A stretch of DNA of 64,000 nt from Felis catus (lineage: Eukaryota), in contig NC_058368.1 in the NCBI RefSeq assembly GCF_018350175.1, forward strand, positions 88,476,001-88,540,000, given 5' to 3'. Below are positions 25,543-38,745 of this stretch, in pieces. Numbering within the stretch: the first letter of the stretch is position 1; every line of letters starts with the position of its first letter. A program made the position numbers and the translations under genes. Below the pieces are notes generated by a model. That model did not search any database. It saw only the letters and a program-made list of their open reading frames with translations, and was not told where the DNA came from.

Positions 25543-27429
25543 GCCTGATTCCTGGTCCTGGGGCTGCAGAATGAGGAGGTGGAGGTCAGGGATGATCAGT
25601 TCATCTTTGGTGGTGCTCCTCCTGCCTCAGGGGTGGGGAGACCAGGGTGCAGGGGGGATGCTCAGTGGGCACTCCTGTGCAGGTGCAGCTGGAGACATGG
25701 GAGTGTGCATGGGGAAAGAAGTGGGAATGCTGGGGCGGGGGAGTGGGGGTGCAAGGATAAGGTGAAGGGGACGTGGGGGTATAAGGAGAAGTGAGGGATG
25801 CCAGAGAGGGACTGTGGGCACATGGGTGCATGGGGGAACCCAACCAGGCCATGGGTGAGGTGTGACCAATGGAACATGAGGGTGTGCAGAGAGGAGTGGA
25901 GCTATGCTGGAGAGGGAATATGGGTGTGTGGAGGTGTAGATAAGGGAATTGGGAGGGTGGGAAGAAAGGAGTGGGGGAAGAGTAGGGGTGATGGGAAGGG
26001 GAGACTTGGGATCCAATGGGGCAGTGCAAGTGGGGAATGCAGAGTTGTGAGGGTGCAGGGGGAGGAGGTGGGAGTGGGACTGTGAGGGAAATGGGGGTGA
26101 TACCCAGGGAATGTGGGCTCAGCGGTGTCTGGAACAGTGTGAGGGTGGAGGCAGGATGCATGGGGTGCTGGTATTCATGCTTATTAAGGTGGAGAGGCAT
26201 ATGAACCAGGCGCTTGTCAGCCCCTCCACAAAGAAAGAAATCCAGCAGTTCTCCCCCCATTTGTGGGAGTTCTAGCAGTGGATCTTTTGCCTTCTGGTTT
26301 CTCTTTTCAAATGCAGCTCCTTATCTGTGTCCCAGGGCAGACAAATCTGTTACAGTCCCATAGAACTATCACTCCACACCATGGTTTGTAGGCTGGAAAT
26401 GGGGTCCCCTGTCTCTGTCTCTCTTGCCTCTGTCTGTGCTGTCTACCTTTCCTTGTACAGAATATATATGGAGGGCCCTCACCTCCTCTTCAGGAGGAAC
26501 TTCTCTATAAATAGATGTAAATGTGTTGTGTCCATGGAGGTGAGTTTACCTCCTCACCTTTAGTTAGGTGAGTTAGGTCCTTATCTTGGAACCCCGACTC
26601 ACTTCATAAACTTGCTCAAGTTATTTCACTTTTCAGAGTCCCAGTTTCCTGTCTGTGAAACAGACTTTTTTTTTGTTTTTTGAGGATCCAATAGGATTAC
26701 ATATCTAAGGTGACTGGCACACAGTAGGTATTTATTAAATGTTTCTTCTTCCTCTTGTCCAACACAGTGATTTCCAAAACAAATGACCCTTGTTTTTGCA
26801 GACACAAAATGCTCCTCCCACCCTTGATGTCTGAAATTTCTGAGCAGAGTTTGAGAAGACCCACCCTCTTCCTGGCCTTCGCACCTCACAGGTCACTTTG
26901 GCAACTTTACCCGTGCCAATTGCTTGCTTTCTGTCAATCTAATCACCTGAGATGTGAAAGTGACTGACTCCAGCATCCTCTATCAATCATCCTCGTTTGG
27001 AGGAAGCTAACTTCAGAATCCATCAAGGTTCATGAATAATTTAGCATCCAAGAGAAATTCTAAGAGTTGGACCTTCCCAAGGGTTTTAGAACCCCACTGC
27101 TAATAGTTTGATTTTTGGAGAAAATGTCAATAGAGGACCTATGTATGTTTTAGAAGTTGAGTACTAAAGGTTTAACAAAGCTATAATATGGGTTATGAGC
27201 ATCACACCCTGAAGAGAATTTCCATCAAATCTGGGAGCAGGAGTCAGATGTGAAATGGACATGAACAAAAGGGCATATTTGTTAAGTGTCCACAGTGTAA
27301 GCTTCACTGGATCAAGGAATTGATATAGAACTTTTCTGTTAACCTTCTAACAATTTTACAAAGTGGCCATTTCTTGTTTATCCCTGTTTTATAGATGAGG
27401 AAAATGACATTGTTTGGGCTTCACTTAAC

Positions 27430-27705
27430 ATATAGAGGTGATATAGCATGATGCATAGTAGGAGGCTATAGAGCCTACTGAGCCTGGGTTCACATCATAG
27501 CTCCACTGCCTTCTAGCTATGTGACACTGAATGAATTATTGAACCTCTCTGATTCTCAGTCGTGTCATCTACAACATGGAGAAAGCAATGCTTACCTCAT
27601 AAATTTGCTTGAAGATTAAAATGACATAACAAACCTAAAATCCTTAGCAGTGTTTTTAGCACATGGTAAGCACTCAAGAAGTGCTGTCTATTTTTATTTT
27701 TACTA
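27430..27705 (+). mobile_element. MIR
   Basis: cctgggttcacatcatagctccactgccttctagctatgtgac...aacctctctgattctcagt...agcacatggtaagcactcaa. Confidence 0.8.
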
Positions 27706-27846
27706 TTATGGATGTTATTGCCACAAATTGTGGGCTATATACATGCTTTCATGAAATCTAAATCCTTCTGGATTCAAAATGGGAAGAAATAGAATCATAA
27801 CCATATCTAAACGAAAGCTGCTCACATTCTTTCCTTCAAGATTCTT

Positions 27847-28207
27847 ACAACGAATGCATTATGGAGCTAGAAGGCATTATGTTAAGTGAGACACGTCAAT
27901 CAGAGAAAAACAAATACCATATGATTACACTCATAGGTGGAATTTAGGAAACAAAACAGATGATCATATGGGAAGGGGGGGGAAGAGGAGAGAGGGAAAC
28001 AAATCACTAGAGACTCTTCATTATAGAGAACCAACTGAGGGTTGATGGTGGAGATGGGTGGGAGATAAGCTAGATGGGTGATGGGCACTAAGGACAGCAC
28101 TTGTGATGAGGACTTGGTATTGTATGTAAGTGTTGAATCACTAAATTATATTCCTGAAACCAATATTGCAATGCATTTTGGCTAAGTAAAATTTAAATTA
28201 AAAAAAA
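27847..28207 (+). mobile_element. Truncated L1 3' end inserted in copy B only
   Basis: ggagctagaaggcattatgttaagtga... L1 3' UTR and A tail; TSD-like aagattctt / aatattctt; the site is empty in copies A and C. Confidence 0.88.
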
Positions 28208-29661
28208 TATTCTTGACTTTATTTATTAATGCCAGACATGGTTCTGGGCACTGGAAAAACAGAATAAATAAGATAATTCCCTTTAGGGGATTATAAGCCA
28301 GAAGAGTAAGGTAAATTCTCTTATTTGCCCCCAAGTTTTCACCTTTCTTTCCTGGACATGGCCCTCCCCGTGGACCACATTTACTTTTCTTTTCAAATGG
28401 GTTTGGCTATATGACTTGCTTTTGTCAATGGGATGTGAATGGCATTGTTACAAACAGAAACTTTAAGGATCCAGAGTTTGGAGCCAAGCTTTGCCACAAA
28501 GTGGTTGTGAGGTCGTAGGTCAGAAATGGTCTATTCAGAAATAGCTGTGTGTAGACACTGCTTCCATTTTTCTATCAGAATGGAACTCACCTCAGCAGCT
28601 GGCCTTGAGTTCTAGAGGAGCCAATGTATGTGAAAAATGTTGACTAAGATGGGCAGGTTGTACTTTCTCAGAGCCATGGAGACCCCTGCTCACCCTTTGG
28701 AGAATGCAGTTAGTAGTGTGGTGCAGTGGTAACTATGATCATGAGCTGTGCATCACAAACACCAGGAAACTCTTCTTTTGCATTCCAACACAACTATTTA
28801 TTTAAAGCTGGTAGACACCTTGAATGTCATGACACTCCCACTCTAGGATCTGACACACACAACAGCCCAGCTTCCCTTTCTATGTCCTCCTGGGATAGTA
28901 ATGTGTGGTGACCTCTCTCCTTTGAAAATGTGGCATGGAAGGCAAAAATTCCAAGGAAGCACTGAATTTGGAAAAATAATCTTTGAAGCTCAAAGACCTA
29001 ACCTGCCCCTGACACCTCCACCTCCAATGTGGAAGACCTCTCCTTGGACTGGAGGAGCTCAGTCTATGACTTCTCTGCTCTCAGGGGCTGGGACTCCTCC
29101 TTTTGTATCAGCCCCCTCCTCCTCCTGTTGGGCCATGTCCAGGGAGCCCTCTGGCATTGTCTTTCAGTCTTGTCCTTCAGGTACGTGAATTTAAAAAGCA
29201 GATTTTTCATACTTTGATGTGCTTTCACACACACTGTGAGGGAATTCTTTAGCTGAGACTTTTTTGGAGAGTTATTTATTACTGTCCCTGTCTCCCTGCC
29301 TGTGTTAAAAGCCATTTGTATACATTTGGGCTTTCAATCAATTCTCTCAAAGCTGTTTCTATGACTTTCATTCCTAAGGACAGCTTCTGAGCTGCAGGCC
29401 TTTCTCTGGTCCTTAGTCATGGCAGCCTTTTTTCACTCAGGAGAGAACTCCCCAAATGATAAAAGCTCCCCAAGTGGTGTGTTACCAAGACATCAGGCTG
29501 AAGTTGGCCTCAGACCTGTAGGTCATGGATCCATCAGAACCTGGGCACAGTGACCCAGTGTTGGCACTGTACTCTGAATGGCTGCAAGCAACCAGGTCTT
29601 GGCATCCAGCCATGAATCACTGACACGTGAGAGGGAACAACCTCTACCTTCCTTACCACCC

Positions 29662-30104
29662 TGAAAGAGCGGATCTAGGCCGGCTGACTCCATTTTGTTC
29701 TGTGTCCTCCATCTTGAGTGACTATGTCCCCAACATGGCCCCCTTTCCGGGAAAACCGCAGAAAGAAATTCCCGCTCAAACCTCAGACCACGCCTCCTCC
29801 CCTTGAATAATTTCCCTCTCACCCATTCAAACTTCCCGTTCAAACCATGCCCGGCAACCTGCGCAATGGGACTCTGACCCTTCCCCAGCCAATTGGCTAA
29901 GGCCACGATCATCACCCCACCAACTGTCCCTGGACCCCTATAAAACCTTTGTGCTTTTGAAACTTGCTCTCTCTCTGGCATCTCACTGCTGCATCGGTGC
30001 AGGTAGGGGATTGAGCTCGAGCTAGCTCGAATAAAGGCTCTTTGCTTTTGCATCAGACTCAGCTCCCTGGTGGTCTTTGGGGGTCACGAATTCTGGGCAT
30101 AACA
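29662..30104 (+). mobile_element. Solo ERV LTR (class I / gammaretrovirus-like)
   Basis: TG...CA termini (tgaaagag...cataaca), TATAAAA at ~29939, AATAAA at ~30030, flanks caccc / caccg; absent at the matching site in copy C (~61180). Confidence 0.88.
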
Positions 30105-30919
30105 CACCGCACACCTGACTCTGCTGGAGGGGGAATTTTTATCTGGGAAGTAGCCTCAAATTCCTCATGTCTGTGTACAGATGCCCCACTTTTCTGGGTT
30201 TGGGTTGTTCTTCCTTCTCTGTGTCCTGACTTTTCATGTTTCTTACAGAGTCACTGAATGTCTTAGGGTAGAAGGGGCCCTGGGACCAGTTTGTCCCTTT
30301 CTGGCAATGGTGGAACCACTTGGGGGACAAGAATCTGGTCGTGGCCAGGGTTGGCAAGAGGCAGTGGGAGGTTTCTAAGGCCCCTGTCCTCACTGCGTGC
30401 AACTTCTGGGCTCACATTCTTGGAAGGCAGCATTGGGTGGGATGGTTGGGGACTCCTACAGCCAGCTCCCTGGACCAGGCAGTGACGCTGAATTGCACAA
30501 GCTGAGGAGGTCTCTGGGAATAGCAAGATAAAGCCTGGGGCTGGATTCTAACTATGCATGTTGGTGGGTCTTAGAGGGTGGCATAGGGGTAGGCAGTTGA
30601 CCTTGTTGTGTGGAGGTCTGCAGGGGCACAGAGGTACAGGGGTCCTTCTGTGTGCACTGGAAGTTTCCCTTTGCTGAACAGGGAGTGTGGTGTGGAAACT
30701 GTGGAATTAAAGAAGGAAGGTGGGCTGGTTCCCATGGCTCTCTGAGGGCAGGTTGGGGACTGCCCCTTGCTGCATTTGCAGTCAGGAGCCATTGGCAGGG
30801 GGAAGGGGAGGGGAGTGGAATCCTATGGGTGCCTGGATTTTATAAAGTCCTGACCCTCCTAACATAACCACAGCACCCTGTATGCAAACACCAGGCTCCT
30901 CTCAGTACAGTCTCACGCT

Positions 30920-31400
30920 TATCTCCGTCCAATCACCAGGTGGCTTTCAGCGCCAGATGGCCTACAGGGTCAATCACCAGATGGCTATCCACTCACCTCA
31001 GTTTGTGGACAATCAGCAGACGACTCTCACTGTGGGCTCTCTTCTGTGCCCAACCACCAGGCAGCTTACATCATTGCCTCACACAAATGGCCAAAGAGAA
31101 AGCAGCTCTCACTGCAGTCTCCCTTCTGTGTCCAATCACCAAGCTGCCCTCAGCATGGTCTCGCTCATGTGACCAATAACCAGAGGGCTCTCATCATGGT
31201 CCCTCTTATGTGTCCAATCCCCACGTGTCTCTCAGCATGATCCCTCTCATGTGTTCAGTCACCAGGTGGCTCTCAGCAAAGACTAGCTCATGTGTCCAAT
31301 CAACAGGTGACTGTCATCACGGTCCCTCTGTTCATTGACCAATCACAAGGTGGCTCCCAGCTTATTCAGGCTTGCATGTCCAATCACCAGGCAGCTCTCA
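30920..31400 (+). promoter_or_regulatory. Tandem array of ~12 x ~41-bp units with consensus core TGTCCAATCACCAG (CCAAT boxes)
   Basis: Cores near 30927, 30968, 31006, 31046, 31087, 31128, 31169, 31210, 31251, 31292, 31335 and 31376; several have a degenerate CCAAT. Confidence 0.8.
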
Positions 31401-31520
31401 CCCCCACTCTCCTGCCTCCGTGGGGCATCTTGGATCCCTCTGTGGAGGGACCAGCAGATGCACATCCTCTCTCAGGGAAGGGCCTTGCTCCTTGTGGTCT
31501 ACTTCCTGTCCCAGGTGAGA
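31400..31520 (+). other. Putative non-coding first exon of copy B
   Basis: YY1-like GGCATCTTGG (~31424), ETS-like ACTTCCTG (31501), donor CAG|GTGAGA (GT at 31515); conserved in copy C. Confidence 0.45.
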
Positions 31521-31738
31521 AACTGGAGGGGGGAAAGTGATGTGAGGCTCACAGGGAAAGATGTCCTTGTATCTGGAAACAAAATATCAAGGAGCCAGCA
31601 ATATTACCAAGAAGTCATAAGAATTCTAATCAACCTTAGTTTATTCATTCATGTAATTAAATTTTGCACTTAAAATTTTTAAATTAGATCTGGAACGTTT
31701 TACCCAGTTAAGTTTTGACCTTAAAATTAACAGAAATC

Positions 31739-34700
31739 AGGAGAGGAGGGAAGATGGCGGCGTAGGAGGACGCTGGGCTCACCGCGCGTCCTGCTGATCA
31801 CTTAGATTCCACCTACACCTGCCTAAATAACCCAGAAAACCGCCAGAGGATTAGCAGAACGGAGTCTCTGGAGCCAAGCGCAGACGAGAGGCCCACAGAA
31901 GAGGGTAGGAAGGGCGGCAAGGCGGTGCGCGCTCCACGGACTGGCGGGAGGGAGCCGGGGCGGAGGGGTGGCTCGCCGGCCAAGCAGAGCCCCCGAGTCT
32001 GGCTTGCAAAAGCGGAGGGGCCTGACGGACTGTGTTCCGACAGCAAGCGCGACTTAGCGTCTGGGAGGTCATAAGTGAACAGCTCTGCTCGGAAAGCGGG
32101 AAGGCTGGAGGACAAAGGGAGGGAGAGCTGCTGAGCCCCTGGATGACAGAGCTCAGTTTGGTGGGGAACAAAGGCGCTCGCCAGCGCCATCTCCCCCGCC
32201 CATCCCCCAGCCAAAATCCCAAAGAGAACCAGTTCCTGCCAGGGAACTTGCTCGCTCCGCTCAAACACCCAACTCTGTGCTTCTGCGGAGCCAAACCTCC
32301 GGCAGCGGATCTGACTCCCTCCCGCTGCCACAGGGCCCCTCCTGAAGTGGATCACCTAAGGAGAAGCGAGCTAAGCCTGCCCCTCCTGCCCCTGTGCACC
32401 TTGCCTACCCACCCCAGCTAATAAGCCAGATCCCCAGCATCACAAGCCTGGCAGTGTGCAAGTAGCCCAGACGGGCCATGCCACCCCACAGTGAATCCCG
32501 CCCCTAGGAGAGGGGAAGAGAAGGCACACACCAGTCTGACTGTGGCCCCAGCGGTGGGCTGGGGGCAGACATCAGGTCAGACTGCGGCCCCACCCACCAA
32601 CGCCAGTTATACACCACAGCACAGGGGAAGTGCCCTGCAGGTCCTCACCACGCCAGGGACTATCCAAAATGACCAAGCGGAAGAATTCCCCTCAGAAGAA
32701 TCTCCAGGAAATAACAACAGCTAATGAGCTGATCAAAAAGGATTTAAATAATATAACAGAAAGTGAATTTAGAATAATAGTCATAAAATTAATCGCTGGG
32801 CTTGAAAACAGTATACAGGACAGCAGAGAATCTCTTGCTACAGAGATCAAGGGACTAAGGAACAGTCACGAGGAGCTGAAAAATGCTTTAAACGAAATGC
32901 ATAACAAAATGGAAACCACCACGGCTCGGATTGAAGAGGCAGAGGAGAGAATAGGTGAACTAGAGGATAAAGTTATGGAAAAAGAGGAAGCTGAGAAAAA
33001 GAGAGATAAAAAAATCCAGGAGTATGAGGGGAAAATTAGAGAACTAAGTGATACACTAAAAAGAAATAATATACGCATAATTGGTATCCCAGAGGAGGAA
33101 GAGAGAGGGAAAGGTGCTGAAGGGGTACTTGAAGAAATAATAGCTGAGAACTTCCCTGAACTGGGGAAGGAAAAAGGCACTGAAATCCAAGAGGCACAGA
33201 GAACTCCCTTCAGCCGTAACTTGAATCGATCTTCTGCATGACATATCATAGTGAAACTGGCAAAATACAAGGATAAAGAGAAAATTCTGAAAGCAGCAAG
33301 GGGTAAATGTGCCCTCACATATAAAGGGAGACCTATAAGACTTGTGACTGATCTCTCTTTTGAAACTTGGCAGGCCAGAAAGAATTGGCACGAGATTTTC
33401 AGGGTGCTAGACAGAAAAAATATGCAGCCGAGAATCCTTTATCCAGCAAGTCTGTCATTTAGAATAGAAGGAGAGATAAAGGTCTTCCCAAACAAACAAA
33501 AACTGAAGGAATTTGTCACCACTAAACCAGCCCTACAAGAGATCCTAAGGGGGACCCTGTGAGACAAAGTCCCAGAGACATCACTACAAGCATAAAACAT
33601 ACAGACATCACAATGACTCTAAACCCGTATCTTTCTATAATAACACTGAATGTAAATGGATTAAATGCGCCAACCAAAAGACATAGGGTATCAGAATGGA
33701 TAAAAAAACAAGACCCATCTATTTGCTGTCTACAAGAGACTCATTTTAGACCTGAGGACACCTTTAGATTGAGAGTGAGGGCATGGAGAACTATTTCTCA
33801 TGCTACTGGAAGCCAAAAGAAAGCTGGAGTAGCCATACTTATATCAGACAAACTAGACTTTAAATTAAAGGCTGTAACAAGAGATGAAGAAGGACATTAT
33901 ATAATAGTTACAGGGTCTATCCATCAGGAAGAGCTAACAATTATAAATGTCTATGCGCCGAATACCGGAGCCCCCAAATATATAAAACAATTACTCATAA
34001 ACATAAGCAACCTTATTGATAAGAATGTGGTAATTGCAGGGGACTTTAACACCCCACTTACAGAAATGGATAGATCATCTAGACACACGGTCAATAAAGA
34101 AACAAGGGCCCTGAATGAGACATTGGATCAGATGGACTTGACAGATATATTTAGAACTCTACATCCCAAAGCAACAGAATATACTTTCTTCTCGAGTGCA
34201 CATGGAACATTCTCCAAGATAGATCACAGACTGGGTCACAAAACAGCCCTTCATAAGTTTACAAGAATTGAAATTATACCATGCACACTTTCAGACCACA
34301 ATGCTATGAAGCTTGAAATCAACCACAGAAAAAAGTCTGGAAAACCTCCAAAAGCATGGAGGTTAAAGAACACCCTACTAAAGAATGAATGGGTCAACCA
34401 GGCAATTAGAGAAGAAATTAAAAAATATATGGAAACCAACGAAAATGAAAATACAACAATCCAAACACTTTGGGATGCAGCGAAGGCAGTCTTGAGAGGA
34501 AAATACATTGCAATCCAGGCCTATCTCAAGAAACAAGAAAAATCCCAAATACAAAATCTAATAGCACACCTAAAGGAACTAGAAGCAGAACAGCAAAGGC
34601 AGCTTAAACCCAGCAGAAGAAGAGAAATAATAAAGATCAGAGCAGAAATAAACAATATAGAATCTAAAAAAACTGTAGAGCAGATCAACGAAACCAAGAG

Positions 34701-37659
34701 TTGGTTTTTTGAAAAAATAAACAAAATTGACAAACCTCTAGCCAGGCTTCTCAAAAAGAAAAGGGAGATGACCCAAATAGATACAATCATGAATGAAAAT
34801 GGATCTTATTACAACCAATCCCTCAGAGATACAAACAATTATCAGGGAATACTATGAAAAATTATATGCCAACATTTTGGACAACCTGGAAGAAATGGAC
34901 AAATTCCTGAACACCCACACTCTTCCAAAACTCAATCAGGAGGAAATAGAAAGCTTGAACAGATCCATAACCAGCGAAGAAATTGAATCAGTTATCAAAA
35001 ATCTCCCAACAAATAAGAGTCCAGGACCAGATGGCTTCCCAGGGGAGTTCTACCAGATGTTTAAAGCAGAGATAATACCTATCCTTCTCAAGCTATTCCA
35101 AGAAATAGAAAGGGAAGGAAAACTTCCAGACTCATTCTATGAAGCCAATATTACTTTGATTCCTAAACCAGACAGAGACCCAGTAAAAAAAGAGAACTAC
35201 AGGCCAATATCCCTGATGAATATGGATGCAAAAATTCTCCATAAGATACTAGCAAGTCGAATTCAACGGCATATAAAAAGAATTATTCACCATGATCAAG
35301 TGGGATTCATTCCTGGGATGCAGGGCTGGTTCAACATTCTCAAATCAATCAACGTGATACATCACATTAACAAAAAAAAAAGAGAAGAACCATATGATCC
35401 TGTCAATCGACGCAGAAAAGGCCTTTGACAAAATTCAGCACCCTTTCTTAATAAAAACCCTTGAGAAAGTCGGGATAGAAGGAACATACTTAAAGATCAT
35501 AAAAGCCATTTATGAAAAGCCCACAGCTAACATCATCCTCAACGGGGAAAAACTGAAAGCTTTTTCCCTGAGATCAGGAACACGACAAGGATGCCCACTC
35601 TCACCGCTGCTGTTTAACATAGTGCTGGAAGTTCTAGAATCAGCAATCAGACAACAAAAGGAAATCAAAGGCATCAAAATTGGCAAAGATGAAGTCAAGC
35701 TTTCGCTTTTTGCAGATGACATGATATTATACATGGAAAACCCGATAGACTCCACCAAAAGTCTGCTAGAACTGATACATGAATTCAGCAAAGTTGCAGG
35801 ATACAAAATCAATGTACAGAAATCAGTTGCATTCTTATACACTAACAATGAAGCAACAGAAAGACAAATAAAGAAACTGATCCTATTCACAATTGCACCA
35901 AGAAGCATAAAATACCTAGGAATAAATCTAACCAAAGATGTAAAAGATCTGTATGCTGAAAACTATAGAAAGCTTATGAAGGTAATTGAAGAAGATTTAA
36001 AGAAATGGAACGACATTCCCTGCTCATGGATTGGAAGAATAAATATTGTCAAAATGTCAATACTACCCAAAGCTATCTACACATTCAATGCAATCCCAAT
36101 CAAAATTGCACCAGCATTCTTCTCGAAGGTAGAACAAGCAATCTTAAAATTCATATGGAACCACAAAAGGCCCCGAATAGCCAAAGTAATTTTGAAGAAG
36201 ACCAAAGCAGGAGGCATCACAATCCCAGACTTTAGCCTCTACTACAAAGCTGTCATCATCAAGACAGCATGGTATTGGCACAAAAACAGACACATAGACC
36301 AATGGGATAGAATAGAAACCCCATAACTAGACCCACAAACGTATGGCCAACTCATCTTTGACAAAGCAGGAAAGAACATCCAATGGAAAAAAGACAGTCT
36401 CTTTAACAAATGGTGCTGGGAGAACTGGACAGCAACATGTAGAAGGTTGAAACTAGACCACTTTCTCACACCATTCACAAAAATAAACTCAAAATGGATA
36501 AAGGACCTGAATGTGAGACAGGAAACCGTCAAAACCTTAGAGGAGAAAGCAGGAAAAGACCTCTCTGACCTCAGCCGTAGCAATCTCTTACTCGACACAT
36601 CCCCAAAGGCAAGGGAATTAAAAGCAAAAATGAATTACTGGGACCTTATGAAGATAAAAAGCTTCTGCACAGCAAAGGAAACAACCAACAAAACTAAAAG
36701 GCAATCAACGGAATGGGAAAAGATATTTGCAAATGACATATCGGACAAAGGGCTAGTATCCAAAATCTATAAAGAGCTCACCAAACTCCACACCCGAAAA
36801 ACAAATAACCCAGTGAAGAAATGGGCAGAAAACATGAATAGACACTTCTCTAAAGAAGACATCCGGATGGCCAACAGGCACATGAAAAGATGTTCAACGT
36901 CACTCCTTATCAGAGAAATAGAATCAAAACCACACTCAGATATCACCTCATGCCAGTCAGAGTGGCCAAAATGAACAAATCAGGAGACTATAGATGCTGG
37001 AGAGGATGTGGAGAAACGGGAACCCTCTTGCATTGTTGGTGGGAATGCAAATTGGTGCAGACACTCTGGAAAGCAGTGTGGAGGTTCCTCAGAAAATTAA
37101 AAATAGACCTACCCTATGACCCAGCAATAGCACTGCTAGGAATTTATCCAAGGGATACAGGAGTACGGATGCATAGGGGCACTTGTACCCCAGTGTTTAT
37201 AGCAGCACTCTCAACAATAGCCAAATTATGGAAAGAGCCTAAATGTCCATCAACTGATGAATGGATAAAGAAATTGTGGTTTATATACACAATGGAAAAC
37301 TACGTGGCAATGAGAAAAAATGAAATATGGCCTTTTGTAGCAACGTGGATGGAACTGGAGAGTGTGATGCTAAGTGAAATAAGCCATACAGAGAAAGACA
37401 GATACCATATAGTTTCACTCTTATGTGGATCCTGAGAAACTTAATAGAAACCCATGGGGGAGGGGAAGGAAAAAAAAAAGAGGTTAGAGTGGGAGAGAGC
37501 CAAAGCATAAGAAACTGTTAAAAACTGAGAACAAACTGAGGGTTGATGGGGGGTGGGAGGGAGGGGAGGGTGGGTAATGGGTATTGAGGAGGGCACCTTT
37601 TGGGATAAGCACTGGGTGTTGTATGGAAACCAATTTGACAATAAATTTCATATATAAAA
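31739..37659 (+). mobile_element. Young full-length felid-type L1 (~5.9 kb), inactivated
   Basis: CpG-rich 5' UTR; ORF1 32669-33562 with one premature TGA (33239-33241); ORF2 ~33613-37435 with frameshifts near 34800, 35390 and 36920 and a stop at 36324; perfect 16-bp TSD aaaattaacagaaatc (31723-31738 / 37660-37675) at a TT|AAAA site. Confidence 0.98.
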
Positions 37660-37675
37660 AAAATTAACAGAAATC

Positions 37676-38745
37676 TGTTCTCTAGAATCTTTTTCATGAA
37701 ACTCCTTGAGAATGAAGCATTTTTGCAGGAACACTTTTATGAAAGGTTCTGAGTCAAAGAATAATTGTGAATTGTAAACGACTTAACATTGGTGTGGTTA
37801 AAGGTTTGATTAGAGTTAATTACAGGTCAATTGAAGAAATTTGGTTACTGCAAATATTTTTAAGACAGTAACTAGAATTACAGGTGTTAACAATACATGA
37901 GGATGTATTATATCTCTAAGAATTGCGTACAGTTTCTGGATGTTGTTATTAATAGCACTTATCCACATAAATAAAATCTAGGAAGGATTAGAGTCACCTG
38001 TTTTACGATACTTCCTGTATAATTTAACATGATTAAATAGTCTAATTAGTTGAACATCTCCGTTTTTATAGGAGAAAGAATAAATTCATTTTGATCTTAA
38101 CCAGCTTGACCACACACTAAAATTTGTTCTGAAAGATTCCTTTTCCACAACACTTCTACAATGTTTTTAAATTCAGATTTTTCCTAAGTTTTCCCTCTTT
38201 AAATAATCAGCCTCACTTTAGGAAACAATTGCTTTTTTTCTTTTCTTCAACATACAATGATTTCCTTTGCTTTTCTTTAACTAAAGCATTCATCCTACTT
38301 TTCTGCAAGGAGAAATGCCTTCTTTATTCATTCTAGTAGCTTCAACCGGATATAGAATTTTTAACCCTTAATTCCTAACAGAACTAAGTGGTAAGCAATT
38401 ATGAACTATGGGCTACACCACCATCTGTTCGAAGGGAATTTTTTTGAATATATTTCCTGAATCCTAGAAACGTGTGCTTCTTCAGTACAATCTTTCATTA
38501 AAGCACAAGACATGTTTACTAAGAGACCCAAATTTATCTTTAGTTTCTCTGTATTGATGAAGCCAAAAGTAGGTAAACCTGTCTTCAATATTGAAAGTTT
38601 CATTATTTCATGTTATTGGAAATGATCCAGATATGCAATAGATAATTTAACTTAAGCCTTAAATTCTCTCTAATTGAAGATTTCAGGTTACCAAAAAGAT
38701 CTGAGGAAACTATATAAAAATTGTTCCTATAATTTCTGGAGTGAT
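37676..38745. mobile_element. AT-rich segment, probably decayed ERV1 (MER4-group-like) internal sequence, continuous with 31545-31722 before the L1 insertion
   Basis: Continuity shown by the L1 TSD; family guess is from composition and recalled motifs only. Confidence 0.4.

Larger units (their letters stand above)
27640..31530 (+). repeat. Segmental duplication unit, copy B (longest; carries L1 and LTR insertions)
   Basis: Collinear with the reverse complement of 60045-62880 and with 9741-11207. Confidence 0.95.

Noticed and set aside
25601..26260. 219-aa Pro/His-rich ORF
   Set aside because: Explained by C-rich, stop-poor composition; overlapping frames are also open and no domain is recognisable
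30920..31400. CRISPR-like repeat-spacer array
   Set aside because: Mammalian DNA, whole units are mutually similar with no unique spacers, and there are no cas genes
32630..37435. Retrotransposition-competent L1
   Set aside because: ORF1 has a premature stop, and ORF2 has at least three frameshifts and a stop
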